DNA of 64,000 nt from Candidatus Woesearchaeota archaeon CG1_02_57_44. GTDB taxonomy: Archaea > Nanobdellota > Nanobdellia > Woesearchaeales > CG1-02-57-44. Below the pieces are notes generated by a model, which worked only from the letters and a program-made list of their open reading frames with translations, ran no database searches and had not been told where the DNA came from. This document shows positions 18,717-28,785 of this stretch, in pieces (the first letter of the stretch is position 1; every line of letters starts with the position of its first letter). A program made the translations under genes and the position numbers. The stretch lies in contig MNWW01000058.1 in assembly GCA_001871415.1 (NCBI GenBank), forward strand, positions 1 through 64,000, in the 5' to 3' direction.

Positions 18717-18789
18717 GAAGCCCGCATCGCCGCGCAAATCCCTGCCACTACCATCAAAGCTTATAAAGTCAGGAACCCCACCACGTTGC

Positions 18790-19536
18790 ATGTCAGTGGG
18801 CACATGGCTTTTGCTGCCGCTTCTGACATTGCCCTTATTGGCGAGCTGCGCGGCGAGCACAACAGCGCAACCAGAGCATCCCTGCTTTCGCTATGAGGCA
18901 GTCCTGACGCGCATAGACCATTCTGCCCTTGATTTCTGGGATAGGGACCAGTTCAGGCAGGCTGCCAATGACGCTGCGAAGCTGTGCCTCAACCGAGCGG
19001 CCGCATTAGGTGATCCTGCTGACTGCGAGACCTTCCCGACCCTGGAATGGAGCTGCCGTGATGCCAAGGGCGTGGAAGAGAAGTACACGCATCCAGAGCA
19101 GGCGGGCAAGGACATCGTTGCAAAAGCGGCGTTGCTCCACCAGCAGGAGCTCTGCAAAGACGATTATGATCCTCCTCAATGCCGCATCGTCGTGGGGATG
19201 TACAATACGGACGCGAGTGTCTGCATACACTATGACGATGAGGTGGTGCGTGCATCATGCACCGGCATCATCGATCCTGACGCCCCGGGGGCGAAGCTGT
19301 CCACAGACACGATGCTGCGCAGCCGCATGGAGGAGTGCCAGCATGATGTGCTCTCGTATCAGCAGTGCATGACCGCGCACGCGCTCGAAGAGCGCGATCC
19401 CCTGTACTGCGGCAAGATTCCTGGTGACACACAGGTGCATTGCTTCGCCAAGCTCGCTTCACTCCTTGATGATGCCGGCATCTGCGACCAATCGATGGAC
19501 AGCGCCGCGTGCAGGGGTGCCATGGATGCGTCCTGA
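18790..19536 (+). CDS. Cys-rich putative surface lipoprotein
   Basis: Lipobox-like LLASC; repeated C...A....D...C units. Confidence 0.7.
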   Translation: MSVGTWLLLPLLTLPLLASCAASTTAQPEHPCFRYEAVLTRIDHSALDFWDRDQFRQAANDAAKLCLNRAAALGDPADCETFPTLEWSCRDAKGVEEKYTHPEQAGKDIVAKAALLHQQELCKDDYDPPQCRIVVGMYNTDASVCIHYDDEVVRASCTGIIDPDAPGAKLSTDTMLRSRMEECQHDVLSYQQCMTAHALEERDPLYCGKIPGDTQVHCFAKLASLLDDAGICDQSMDSAACRGAMDAS

Positions 19537-20677
19537 TTACTCGCGTTCCATCGTGAACATCATGGCGTCCATCTCCCGCGCCTTGGGCAGGAAGCATCCG
19601 TATGCGTCCTTGCCTGAGCTGGAGCAGGCGCTGCGTCGAGGACGTCCGTGGAAGACCAAGGGGCCCCGGGCACAGGGTCAGAGGCGCAAACGCAACATCG
19701 TGCTCGTGGTACTGGATGGGATGGGCTACGAGTTCCTCTGCCAGCACAGGAACAGCTACCTCTATCAGCATTGCATCGGCAAGGTCACCTCCGTGTTTCC
19801 CTCGACGACAGGCGCGTGCATACCGACCTTCGCGACCGGGCTGCCTCCCCAGCAGCACGGCCTGACCGGATGGTTCATGCATGAGAAGACGATGGGAGGC
19901 GTCATCACGACACTGCCCTTCACCTACCGCAGCGGCGAGCCATTGCCGTTCATCATCAACGATGCTTATGGCCTCAGGGCATTTGCCAAGGGACTGCGTG
20001 CTGAAGCGGTCCAGCCCGCGTCCATCGCTCATACAGCGTTTAGCATGGCATGCTATCCCCATCGTCGGGCCTACACGACGCTGGAGGGATTCGTGCGGCA
20101 GACCGCGGCTGCTTCGCGCCGCGCGCGATACACCTACGCGTACTGGCCGTATCTGGATACAATAGGGCACGCGAGAGGTATCGGCAGCAGGGATGCGCTG
20201 ACACACTTCAGCATGCTTGACGCGGCCATGCAGGAGCTGGCCCGCAGGACGCAGGCAACCATCATCATCACGGCAGACCACGGGATGCTCGACACCCCTC
20301 CCGGGCACCGTATCGCGCTCAAGGATCACCCCTCGCTGGAATCCTGCCTCACCTTGCCCCTGTGCGCGGAAGCGCGCGCGGCCTTCTGCTATGTCCGGCC
20401 CGCGAAGGTCGCGGCGTTCAAGGCGTATGTGCGAAAACGGCTGGCGCATGCGTGCACCATGCGCAGCGGCGAGTCCCTGATTGCGCAGGGATATTTCGGC
20501 CGCGGCAGGCCCCATCCGAGACTGCGGGACCATGTGGGGGATTTTGTGCTGCTGATGAAGGAGGATTATATCCTGCGCGACGCGCTCCTCGGGCAGGAAC
20601 CCGCGGTGCTCATCGGCAATCATGGCGGTGTGAGCCCTGCTGAGATGCTGGTGCCAGTGATCGTGGCCAATGGGTGA
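19526..20677 (+). CDS. Alkaline phosphatase superfamily (type I phosphodiesterase/NPP-like)
   Basis: VVLDGMG, SVFPSTT, DTIGH, TADHG, GNHGG. Confidence 0.9.
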   Translation: MRPDYSRSIVNIMASISRALGRKHPYASLPELEQALRRGRPWKTKGPRAQGQRRKRNIVLVVLDGMGYEFLCQHRNSYLYQHCIGKVTSVFPSTTGACIPTFATGLPPQQHGLTGWFMHEKTMGGVITTLPFTYRSGEPLPFIINDAYGLRAFAKGLRAEAVQPASIAHTAFSMACYPHRRAYTTLEGFVRQTAAASRRARYTYAYWPYLDTIGHARGIGSRDALTHFSMLDAAMQELARRTQATIIITADHGMLDTPPGHRIALKDHPSLESCLTLPLCAEARAAFCYVRPAKVAAFKAYVRKRLAHACTMRSGESLIAQGYFGRGRPHPRLRDHVGDFVLLMKEDYILRDALLGQEPAVLIGNHGGVSPAEMLVPVIVANG

Positions 20678-20776
20678 GCGATTCCCCTGCTGGCAAGGTC
20701 GTGCAGGTTGTCGACGGTCGTGACACCTTCAGGGCTGCGGTATTCGGCGGCAGTCATCGTGACGTGCACGCGTGCC

Positions 20777-21208
20777 TCAGGACAGTCCCCGGAGCAGGAG
20801 GGCTGCTATCGCGACATTGATAATGTAGATTGCGCCGCACACCAGGCAGAAGTTCTTCAACCTGAAGGATGAGATATAGGCAAGATACAGTGTAGGTATC
20901 AGTCCCACGCCTGCCAGGGCGAGCAGCGGCGTACCCAGACCCAGATGCGCAAGCCCCAAGACCGCGAGGTAGTATGCCACGCCCACAGCGCAGTTCGGGA
21001 TCCCGAAGATGCTGGCATGAGGGCTTGTAAACGCTCGACTGCAACTGACGTTTGCGGCGAGGTCGCAGGATGGACGGTACGCCTTGCCCATGGATGCGGC
21101 GAAAGCCATGCGCCGGGTGACCAGGCAGGCATAGCCGCTGAGCGATACTCCTGACAGCGCCAGCAGCTCCAGGTAGGGGGCCATGGTCATGGGGCGTATG
21201 CTGCTCAT
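20777..21208 (-). CDS. Vitamin K epoxide reductase (VKOR) family protein
   Basis: SCDLAANVSC loop, FGIPN, CLVC in the last TM. Confidence 0.88.
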   Translation of the reverse strand: MSSIRPMTMAPYLELLALSGVSLSGYACLVTRRMAFAASMGKAYRPSCDLAANVSCSRAFTSPHASIFGIPNCAVGVAYYLAVLGLAHLGLGTPLLALAGVGLIPTLYLAYISSFRLKNFCLVCGAIYIINVAIAALLLRGLS

Positions 21209-21329
21209 AAGAACCTGTCGCTTTGGGCCAAGGCCATGAGGCTGCCACAGCAGCGAATCATTGGATGGTCCGGAATATCTCCGGGATTCCAGGAACACAT
21301 TTTATTAAGGTGGGCATGGTCACTTCTCC

Positions 21330-22787
21330 ATGGCCGTTGGCGCTCCCTCTCTTTCTGCTGCACGCATGGGGCTGCGCTTTCTCAGCACCAACAAGGACCT
21401 GCCAGGAGGATATACGGACGCGGTCAGCTTCCGGCAGGCGTTGTCCATGGGTCTGGCGCCTGATGCAGGATTGTTCATGCCTGAGCGCATCCCGGTCTTC
21501 ACGACCAGCCAACTGGAGGGGCTGCGGCAGGCGCCTTATGCCACGGTCGCAGCGGCTGTGCTGGACCTGTTCCTCGGTGATGAGCTTGGACCTTCGGTCA
21601 TCAGCAGCATCTGCCAGGATGCCTACAACTTCCCTGTGCCGCTGGAGCCATGCACCCCGGATGCTCCTCTCACCGGGCAGGCATCACGCGCACAGCCGGG
21701 CGCAGGCAACAGCACGTTCATCCTGCGCCTTGACCAGGGGCCCACTGCCTCCTTCAAGGACTTCGCGGCCCGGTTCATGGCGAGGGCCATGGAACGTCTA
21801 TGCGAGAGGGACCTTACGGTCCTCGTCGCCACCAGCGGTGATACGGGCAGCGCGGTGGGCGCGGCATTCGCCGGAATGAAAGGCGCGCGTGTCTATATCC
21901 TGTATCCTGCGCATGGTGTCAGCGACGTGCAGCGCCAGCAGCTGGACCGCTGCGGGGACAATGTGACAGCGCTAGCCATCGACGGGACCTTCGATGATTG
22001 CCAGGCGCTGGCAAAGCAGGCGTTCGCGCTTTCCCATGACGATACCTTATCGCCATTGGCCCGCATCGGCCTGACGAGCGCGAATTCCATCAATATCGGC
22101 AGGGTCCTGCCGCAGGTGGCCTACCATGTCTACGCGTGGCTCCAGACAGGCGCCCCGGTCATGCTCATTCCCTCGGGCAATTTCGGCAATGCCCTCGGCG
22201 CGGAGATAGCGCGGCGCATGGGCCTCCCGTTCCAGCGCATCATCGTGGCCGTCAACAGCAATGATGCGTTCCCTGCCTACCTGCAATCCGGCATCTACCG
22301 GAAGGTGTCCCCGTCAAAGGAGTGCATCTCGAATGCCATGAATGTCGGACATCCGAGCAACCTCGCACGGTTCATCCATCTCTATGGCGGCATCATGGAC
22401 AAGGAAGGCCTCATCCATCAGATGCCAGACCTTGCAGGCATGCGCCGCGACCTCTGGTCCGTATCCATCAGCGACGAAGAGACCATCGCGGCCATGCGCC
22501 GGGCGTGGCAGGGTACGATGCCGGGGCTCCCGAAAGGGACGCTGCTCGAGCCGCATGGCGCAGTAGGCATCGCTGCCCTGGAACAGTATCGCGAGCTCTA
22601 TGGACCCTGCAACGCAGTGGTGCTGGAGACGGCTCATCCAGCCAAATTCCCTGAAGCCATGGAGAAGGCGCTCGGTCATGCTCCACGGCCGCCCGAAGCA
22701 TTGGAACGGATGATGCGCAGGCCAGCAAGGGTGAGACGCATGGCGAATGATATTGAAAGCCTCATCGCGGAGTTGACGCGCCCATGA
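21330..22787 (+). CDS. thrC: Threonine synthase (bacterial type)
   Basis: GLAPDAGLFMP, GPTASFKDF, ATSGDTG, NSINIGR, PSGNFGN, TAHPAKF. Confidence 0.95.
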   Translation: MAVGAPSLSAARMGLRFLSTNKDLPGGYTDAVSFRQALSMGLAPDAGLFMPERIPVFTTSQLEGLRQAPYATVAAAVLDLFLGDELGPSVISSICQDAYNFPVPLEPCTPDAPLTGQASRAQPGAGNSTFILRLDQGPTASFKDFAARFMARAMERLCERDLTVLVATSGDTGSAVGAAFAGMKGARVYILYPAHGVSDVQRQQLDRCGDNVTALAIDGTFDDCQALAKQAFALSHDDTLSPLARIGLTSANSINIGRVLPQVAYHVYAWLQTGAPVMLIPSGNFGNALGAEIARRMGLPFQRIIVAVNSNDAFPAYLQSGIYRKVSPSKECISNAMNVGHPSNLARFIHLYGGIMDKEGLIHQMPDLAGMRRDLWSVSISDEETIAAMRRAWQGTMPGLPKGTLLEPHGAVGIAALEQYRELYGPCNAVVLETAHPAKFPEAMEKALGHAPRPPEALERMMRRPARVRRMANDIESLIAELTRP

Positions 22788-23866
22788 GCGACCGGAGCCG
22801 GCATCATGGATCGGGGACTGTCGCGGTTGCTGCAATCGCGGAGCACCACGCTGCGAAGTACCACACTACGGAGCACCATGCTGCGGACCACCATGCTGCG
22901 GAGCACGACACCGCGGAGCCAGCGGCCTGCGCAGGCAGCAGCATCCGCGTCTACTCGCCAGCTACCATCGGCAACATCGGACCCGGATTCGACGTGCTGG
23001 GCCTCGCGGTGACAGGGCTTGGCGACATCGTGGAAGCGCGGCGCATACCCCACGGGGTCATCATAGAGTCCTTGGAGTCACCTATGCCCCTGCCGCAGGA
23101 TGCTGACAAGAACACGGCAGGCATCGCCGCCAGGGAGGTGCTCTCCCTGCTCGGTGATCCGGGGGGCATCGCGCTCACGCTGAAAAAAGGCCTGCCCTCC
23201 GGCTCGGGCCTGGGCTCAAGCGCAGCGTCGGCGGCAGCAGGCGCTTTTGCTGCCAATGCGCTCTATGGGAAACTGTCCAAGGAAGAGCTTATCCTCCCCG
23301 CAACAAAGGCGGAATCCGTGGTCTCCGGAGGATTCTTCGCCGACAACACCGCGCCGTCATTGCTCGGCGGCGCGACCCTGACCCGCTCGACCCTGCCGCT
23401 GGATGTCACGCGCATCGGCAGCATCGCGGACCTGCGCGTCATCCTCGTCACGCCCGACATCATCGTGCTCACCAAGGAGGCGAGAGCGATACTGCCAAAG
23501 CATGTGTCGCTGCATAACTTCGTGCGCAACATGGCCAACACCGCGCTCATAACCGCTGCGTTCGCCAAGGATGACTATGCCCTGTTCGCGCGCTCGCTGC
23601 ACGACTATGTGATAGAGCCAGTGCGGGCCACGCTGATACGCGGCTATGATGACGTGCGCAAGGCAGCTCTCGCCGCAGGAGCTGACGGCATGGCCATCTC
23701 CGGCTCAGGGCCGACGGTCTTTGCCATCACTGATTGCGAGAAGAAGGCGACGACGATTGCCGGAGCCATGGTTGCCGCGTTCGCGAGCAATGGTGTCAGG
23801 AGTACATCGCATATAGCGACCGTGGACAGTGAAGGCACGCGCCTGCTGCGGTCCGGGTCTGCATGA
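22784..23866 (+). CDS. thrB: Homoserine kinase with His-repeat N-terminal extension
   Basis: PATIGNIGPGFD, GSGLGSSAAS, DNTAP, ISGSGPT. Confidence 0.95.
   Translation: MSDRSRHHGSGTVAVAAIAEHHAAKYHTTEHHAADHHAAEHDTAEPAACAGSSIRVYSPATIGNIGPGFDVLGLAVTGLGDIVEARRIPHGVIIESLESPMPLPQDADKNTAGIAAREVLSLLGDPGGIALTLKKGLPSGSGLGSSAASAAAGAFAANALYGKLSKEELILPATKAESVVSGGFFADNTAPSLLGGATLTRSTLPLDVTRIGSIADLRVILVTPDIIVLTKEARAILPKHVSLHNFVRNMANTALITAAFAKDDYALFARSLHDYVIEPVRATLIRGYDDVRKAALAAGADGMAISGSGPTVFAITDCEKKATTIAGAMVAAFASNGVRSTSHIATVDSEGTRLLRSGSA
22841..22915 (+). repeat. In-frame 15-bp repeat x5 encoding EHHAA-like units
   Basis: GAGCACCAYGCTGCG variants. Confidence 0.85.
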
Positions 23867-23956
23867 TTGGTCCGTGGGATGAATCAGCATGAGTAAGGCC
23901 ATTGCTGCCTGTCCATCAATCTACAGGCACACAGCTACGTCATCGGGGACCATTAG

Positions 23957-24478
23957 CTAATGCATCATCGTGCGTTCTGGGATGCATGCCGCCTCGGCTG
24001 CCAGCACATCGTAGGCTTCCTTGACCGCGTGCATGAGCTCACCGACCGTGACCGGGTCATAGGGTTGGCCCGTCCCTGAGAGATCGACACGCAGGAGCGG
24101 CACATGGTTGACTTGCATGCTCTGCAGGCCCTGCTCGCGCAAATACGGTATGATGGCGACGGCATGCTCGAGACCAAGCGCAGCTGATACAGGTGACGAA
24201 TCGCCCCGCTGCTCCTCCGGGACCCAGACCCCTGAGTCCAACTGATAAGAAACGCGGGCAACATATCTCTCAGGAGCGGTCTGGTTGAGGGCATACTGGA
24301 CACGGGTGAGCGGGTGCATACGATGTTCGATGTGTGTATCGCCTGCATACTGGAACGCGTCCTCAATAGTGTGCGAAGGATCAACAGCCTGCGAAAACCA
24401 CTCCTGGACCTTAGCGACAAAGAGAGGAAAGCCGGGTACAGGGATCTTGACGTCAGAGGATGCTTGCGGTGGTGTCAT
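23957..24478 (-). CDS. Hypothetical protein
   Basis: ATG 24478 with TTTTTATA about 25 nt upstream. Confidence 0.6.
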   Translation of the reverse strand: MTPPQASSDVKIPVPGFPLFVAKVQEWFSQAVDPSHTIEDAFQYAGDTHIEHRMHPLTRVQYALNQTAPERYVARVSYQLDSGVWVPEEQRGDSSPVSAALGLEHAVAIIPYLREQGLQSMQVNHVPLLRVDLSGTGQPYDPVTVGELMHAVKEAYDVLAAEAACIPERTMMH

Positions 24479-24583
24479 TTTACGAGCACTATTTGAGAGT
24501 AGTATAAAAATATTCCGCGCGATCCCCTGCTCGCAGGCATCAACCGCAAGCGCCATATACCCCTGCATGCTTCCATCCCTGCA

Positions 24584-25351
24584 ATGGCAAAGGACTACAC
24601 GCGAGGAGCGCCTCCTCGACGGCTCTACAGGACCAGCAAGCTCGTGCTCGCTGTGCAGCCAGAGGCAGAGGCGTTCCTCTTGCGCATGACGAGCAACAAC
24701 GCGGGCGCGCCACGTACGGCGTTCCTTGACCGCTTCGGAAGGATAGTGGCCACCGCCGACCATACGCTCGTCCCCGCAGCCGGCCGCAGGGGCAATGAAG
24801 CCGACGCTGCCTACCTTGTCATCGAGCGCACGGCCTTCCAGCCATTGATGCTGCATCTCAGGCCATACCTGAAGCTGTGCAGGACGCGCATCTTGCCGAC
24901 GGGCCTGCGATGCTATTGGATGCTGGGCGAGAAAGCAGCGCAAGGTGACGCGGCAACACAGGAGACGGGCGCCAGAACGAGCATCTCATCTGGCGATATC
25001 ACCATCCCGCAGCGCGAGGGCGCGTTGCTCATCACACAGCGCGACCTCGACCAGCGGGCGATAGTCACTGACGAGGAATTCTTGCGCTTTCGGCTGGACA
25101 ACAGCATACCGCTGCATCTTATCGACTACACCGACGAGATGCTCCTGAATATCACAGACGACCCGGAAGAATTCTACGACGCGAAGAAAGGATGCTTCCC
25201 CGGCCAGGAGATCCTCGCGAGGGTCACCAATCTCGCCAAGCCCCCGAGACGCCTTCAGGTCGCAGTGCTCGCAGGTTTGCCGGCAGGATCGCAGGCGAAG
25301 GCAACATCCACGCTCGACGGCAGAGGATTCGTGCTCCTGCCGAATGCGTGA
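24584..25351 (+). CDS. ygfZ: YgfZ/Iba57-like folate-binding Fe-S maturation protein
   Basis: KGCFPGQEILAR signature (KGCYxGQE); AEAFL..MTSN, FLDRFGRI. Confidence 0.8.
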   Translation: MAKDYTRGAPPRRLYRTSKLVLAVQPEAEAFLLRMTSNNAGAPRTAFLDRFGRIVATADHTLVPAAGRRGNEADAAYLVIERTAFQPLMLHLRPYLKLCRTRILPTGLRCYWMLGEKAAQGDAATQETGARTSISSGDITIPQREGALLITQRDLDQRAIVTDEEFLRFRLDNSIPLHLIDYTDEMLLNITDDPEEFYDAKKGCFPGQEILARVTNLAKPPRRLQVAVLAGLPAGSQAKATSTLDGRGFVLLPNA

Positions 25352-25458
25352 GCAGCAGGCAAAGCGGGTCCATGACCTCCTGCAAGGATGACAGAGGATT
25401 TGTGTTCCTACCTAATAGGTGAGCGGCGAGCAGCGGACCATACGCCCAGCGCCGCTAT

Positions 25459-26100
25459 TCAGCCGAAGCTGTTGCCGCACCCGCAGCTCTTGTTGGCGTT
25501 GGGGTTGGTTATCTTGAATCCGGCCCCATTGAGCGTATTCAGGAAGTCTATCTTCGCTCCTTCCAGCATGCTCATGCTCGCCTTGTTGACCACGAACCTG
25601 ACACCGTCCTGCTCGAATTCCAGGTCATCCTCTTCACGAGTGTCCGTGAACTCGAGCGCGTACTGGAACCCTGCGCAGCCGCCCGGCAAGACCTCGACAC
25701 GAAGCCCGTAGGGCGTGCTGTCCTGCTGCGATGCGAACTCCTTGACCTTGGCCGCTGCCGCGCTCGTGATGGTCAGTCCTGTCCGAGGATGACCCTCGTC
25801 AGCGTCGCCGGACGCTATGGCCGCCGCATTGAGTTTAGCCACTGCCGTGTCTATCTCCTCAGGCGTCTTGCCATGCACGGCAAGCCCCTGCTCGAGCGTC
25901 TCCCATGCGCTGGCCCCGCACCCGATGCAATGCACGCCTTCGGCGAGCAATGTCTCGATGACCTCCGGATGCTCGGCGACAATGTCGCCGATGAGCATGT
26001 CCTTGGTGATGGCAGGTGTTTCCCTGCCGGTAGATGCATCCGCAGATGCATCAGGCGCTGTATCCATTGCTGCATCATCGGATGGCAGGTTACTTTGCAT
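25459..26100 (-). CDS. DUF1858 (CxxC) domain fused to an A-type Fe-S carrier (IscA/ErpA/HesB)
   Basis: ITKDMLIGDIV..GVHCIGC..ETLEQG; GGCAGFQY, NPN..SCGCGNSF; start may be GTG 26142. Confidence 0.9.
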   Translation of the reverse strand: MQSNLPSDDAAMDTAPDASADASTGRETPAITKDMLIGDIVAEHPEVIETLLAEGVHCIGCGASAWETLEQGLAVHGKTPEEIDTAVAKLNAAAIASGDADEGHPRTGLTITSAAAAKVKEFASQQDSTPYGLRVEVLPGGCAGFQYALEFTDTREEDDLEFEQDGVRFVVNKASMSMLEGAKIDFLNTLNGAGFKITNPNANKSCGCGNSFG

Positions 26101-26134
26101 CGTGGTCGGCTCCGCGCCCTGCTCAGGTGCGGCC

Positions 26135-26641
26135 TTATCCACTCTTGCCACCCCCTCGCGCGCCAAGCTCCTTGTCGAGCAGGTAGAGCGCGGTGCCCTT
26201 GTCGCCGACAAGCTCTATCTTCTCGATGATGGCCTGCGCCGTGGATTCTTCTTCGACCTGTTCATTGACGTACCATTGCAGGAACGACTCCGTCGCCAGG
26301 TCCTTTTCCTCGCGGGCCAGCGCGACCAGACGATGGATCATGCCGGTCACCTTCTTCTCGTGCTCGAGCGCTGCCTTGAACGCTCCTATGGGGCCGCCAA
26401 AATCCGCAGGGGGGGCATCAAGGGACTTGAGCGTCACCTTGCTGTCTCGGGTATTGATATAGTCATAGATGCGCATGGCATGGGCTAGCTCCTCCTGCGC
26501 CTGCGTCTTCATCCAGGCAGCCATACCCGTGAGGTTCTGCGCTTCAAAATCAGCGGCCATGGCCAGGTACAGATGAGCTGCGTGCAATTCCGCAGTGACC
26601 TGGTCATTGAGCGCGCCGTGCATTCGTTCTGTCAGTTCCAT
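26135..26641 (-). CDS. ftnA: Non-heme ferritin
   Basis: LNDQVTAE, QAQEELAHA, HEKKVT, LQWYVNEQVEEE. Confidence 0.95.
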   Translation of the reverse strand: MELTERMHGALNDQVTAELHAAHLYLAMAADFEAQNLTGMAAWMKTQAQEELAHAMRIYDYINTRDSKVTLKSLDAPPADFGGPIGAFKAALEHEKKVTGMIHRLVALAREEKDLATESFLQWYVNEQVEEESTAQAIIEKIELVGDKGTALYLLDKELGARGGGKSG

Positions 26642-26811
26642 GATGTTCACCTTTTTTGCTCGCTAATCCTTTCCTGTGACTGTGTCATCCATGGCAGCCC
26701 CATGGCCTGCCTGTACCTGTTGGATCCTAAGGAATCCCTGAGGGTTTTAAACCTTCTCATACGACGGGGTCGATGCCGAGGACGATGCTCTGCTCCTGCC
26801 TCGGACGCTCA

Positions 26812-27408
26812 TCAACCAAGGTTCCTGCTCGCCTGCTCCCAGTCGATGATGGAGAAGAACGCGTCGATGTAGTCGTTTCGCTTATTCTGGTACTTGAGAT
26901 AGTACGCGTGCTCCCAGACGTCCAGCCCGATGATGGGCGCGAGCCCTTGGCTGAGCGGCGAGTCCTGGTTGGCGGTGCTCATGACGACCAGCTTGCCTTG
27001 CTTGTCCTTGACCAGCCACGCCCAGCCGCTGCCAAAGCGCGTCATGGCGGCTGCCGCGAACTGCTTCCTGAACTCCTCGACACTGCCGAAGGAGGCCTTG
27101 ATGGCATCAGCTATCCTGCCCGTTGGCATGCCGCCATCCTTCTTCAGCAATGACCAGAAGAAGCTGTGGTTCGCGTGCCCGCCGCCATTGTTGCGCACCG
27201 CGGTGCGGATGGCCTCAGGCACCTGGTCGAGCACCTGGAGCAGGTCGTGGACACTTTTCTTCTGCAGGTCAGCATGCCCTTCCAGCGCTGCGTTCAGCTT
27301 GTCCACATAGCCCTGATGATGCTTCGTATGGTGTATCCTCATCGTGGTCTCGTCGATGAAAGGCTCCAGCGCGTTGTAGCTGTATCCCAGTTCAGGCAAT
27401 GTATGCAT
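26812..27408 (-). CDS. sod: Fe/Mn superoxide dismutase
   Basis: [34 protein letters not shown]. Confidence 0.97.
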   Translation of the reverse strand: MHTLPELGYSYNALEPFIDETTMRIHHTKHHQGYVDKLNAALEGHADLQKKSVHDLLQVLDQVPEAIRTAVRNNGGGHANHSFFWSLLKKDGGMPTGRIADAIKASFGSVEEFRKQFAAAAMTRFGSGWAWLVKDKQGKLVVMSTANQDSPLSQGLAPIIGLDVWEHAYYLKYQNKRNDYIDAFFSIIDWEQASRNLG

Positions 27409-27442
27409 CTCGTTCACCTCGTGTTGATTATCTGATGGTATC

Positions 27443-28015
27443 CTATATCTTCCCTACCAGGTCGATGCCGGGCGTGAGCGTCTTTCCCCCTGGCTTCCAG
27501 CTGGCAGGGCAGACCTGCCCTTTGTGCTCAGCGACGAACTTCGCCGCCTGCACCTTTCGCACCAGCTCTGTCGCGCTGCGTCCGATGTTGTTGCTATTGA
27601 CCTCCATGGCCTGCAGGACACCGTCAGGGTCGATGATGAAGGTGCCTCGCAGCGCCAGCCCCTCCTCCGCAATGTACACATTGTAGCTCTTGGCCACCTC
27701 ACGTTTCGGGTCAGCGAGCATGGGGAATTGTATCTTCTTGATGGCAGGACTGTGGTCATGCCACGCTTTGTGCACGAACTCCGTGTCCGTGCTGATGCTC
27801 AGCACTTCTGCGCCGAGCTTCTGCAATTCCGCGTAGTTGTCCGCGAGCTCAGAGAGCTCTGTCGGGCACACGAACGTGAAGTCGGCTGGATAGAAGAACA
27901 GGATGACCCACTTGCCCCGGTAATCATCAAGACTCACGTCCATGAACTTGTCGTCGTGGTATGCCTTCACGGCGAAGACTGGCGCTGGTTTTCCGATTGT
28001 TGCTGTTTCACACAT
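27443..28015 (-). CDS. ahpC: 2-Cys peroxiredoxin
   Basis: [21 protein letters not shown]. Confidence 0.96.
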   Translation of the reverse strand: MCETATIGKPAPVFAVKAYHDDKFMDVSLDDYRGKWVILFFYPADFTFVCPTELSELADNYAELQKLGAEVLSISTDTEFVHKAWHDHSPAIKKIQFPMLADPKREVAKSYNVYIAEEGLALRGTFIIDPDGVLQAMEVNSNNIGRSATELVRKVQAAKFVAEHKGQVCPASWKPGGKTLTPGIDLVGKI

Positions 28016-28128
28016 TTGATATCACCTTTTTGCTAATTGCTACTTGCTCAACGCTACTCTTGATGGTAAAGCGGATGCGATGCTGATAGTGTCCCCTCTC
28101 TTCGATGCCAGGCGGTTATGTGCGCCGT

Positions 28129-28785
28129 TCATGGCCACGTCGCCTCCAACGCGTCGCTGAATGCGCCCGCCTGTGCGATGATAGAAATTGGCCTGCGCTG
28201 GCTAGGTTTCTCGAACTCCTGCAGCGGTGCTGGCAGCGATGCGGTATCGCCAGGCAGCCCGATAGCAATCATGCAATGCACATCATGGCCATCGGGAACC
28301 TGCAGGTTCTTGCGGGCCAATGCAGCGTCAAAGCCACCCATGGCGTGTGTGATCAGGCCCATGGCAGTCGCCTGCAGCATAAGGTTCTGTCTCGCCGCGC
28401 CCGTGTCATAGGCATGACCAGGAAAATCTTTTTCATTGTGCGTGTAGACCTTCCTGCTCAGCACGCAGATGAGCGCGCCGGCATTGGCGACCCATGACTT
28501 GTTGGCATCCATGAGCGTGTCAAAGAACAATGGCCAGTCTGAAGTTTCCGCACGCGCATACAAGAATCTCCAGGGCTGCGCGTTGAAACTGCTTGGCGCC
28601 CAGCGTGCGGCCTCGAAGAGCGTATGCAACTGCTCTACGTTGACGCCTGGCTTCATCGCTCGCGGCGACCAGCGTTGCGCGAACAGAGGAAGCACTCCAG
28701 AGGATAGCGGACGCACGCTGAGCGTTGCGTCAGCAGACGCCGGGATAGCCTTATTGCCGGGTTCACCAATGGGAGCAGCGCTCAT
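28129..28785 (-). CDS. Nitroreductase family protein
   Basis: RWSPR, APSSFNAQPWRF, HAMGGFD. Confidence 0.92.
   Translation of the reverse strand: MSAAPIGEPGNKAIPASADATLSVRPLSSGVLPLFAQRWSPRAMKPGVNVEQLHTLFEAARWAPSSFNAQPWRFLYARAETSDWPLFFDTLMDANKSWVANAGALICVLSRKVYTHNEKDFPGHAYDTGAARQNLMLQATAMGLITHAMGGFDAALARKNLQVPDGHDVHCMIAIGLPGDTASLPAPLQEFEKPSQRRPISIIAQAGAFSDALEATWP

Noticed and set aside
19268..20623. 451-aa minus-strand ORF
   Set aside because: Antisense shadow of the phosphatase gene in high-GC DNA; no motifs
24479..24943. N-terminal half of the track ORF 23957..24943
   Set aside because: Overlaps the YgfZ-like gene antisense; a TATA box before ATG 24478 supports the shorter gene
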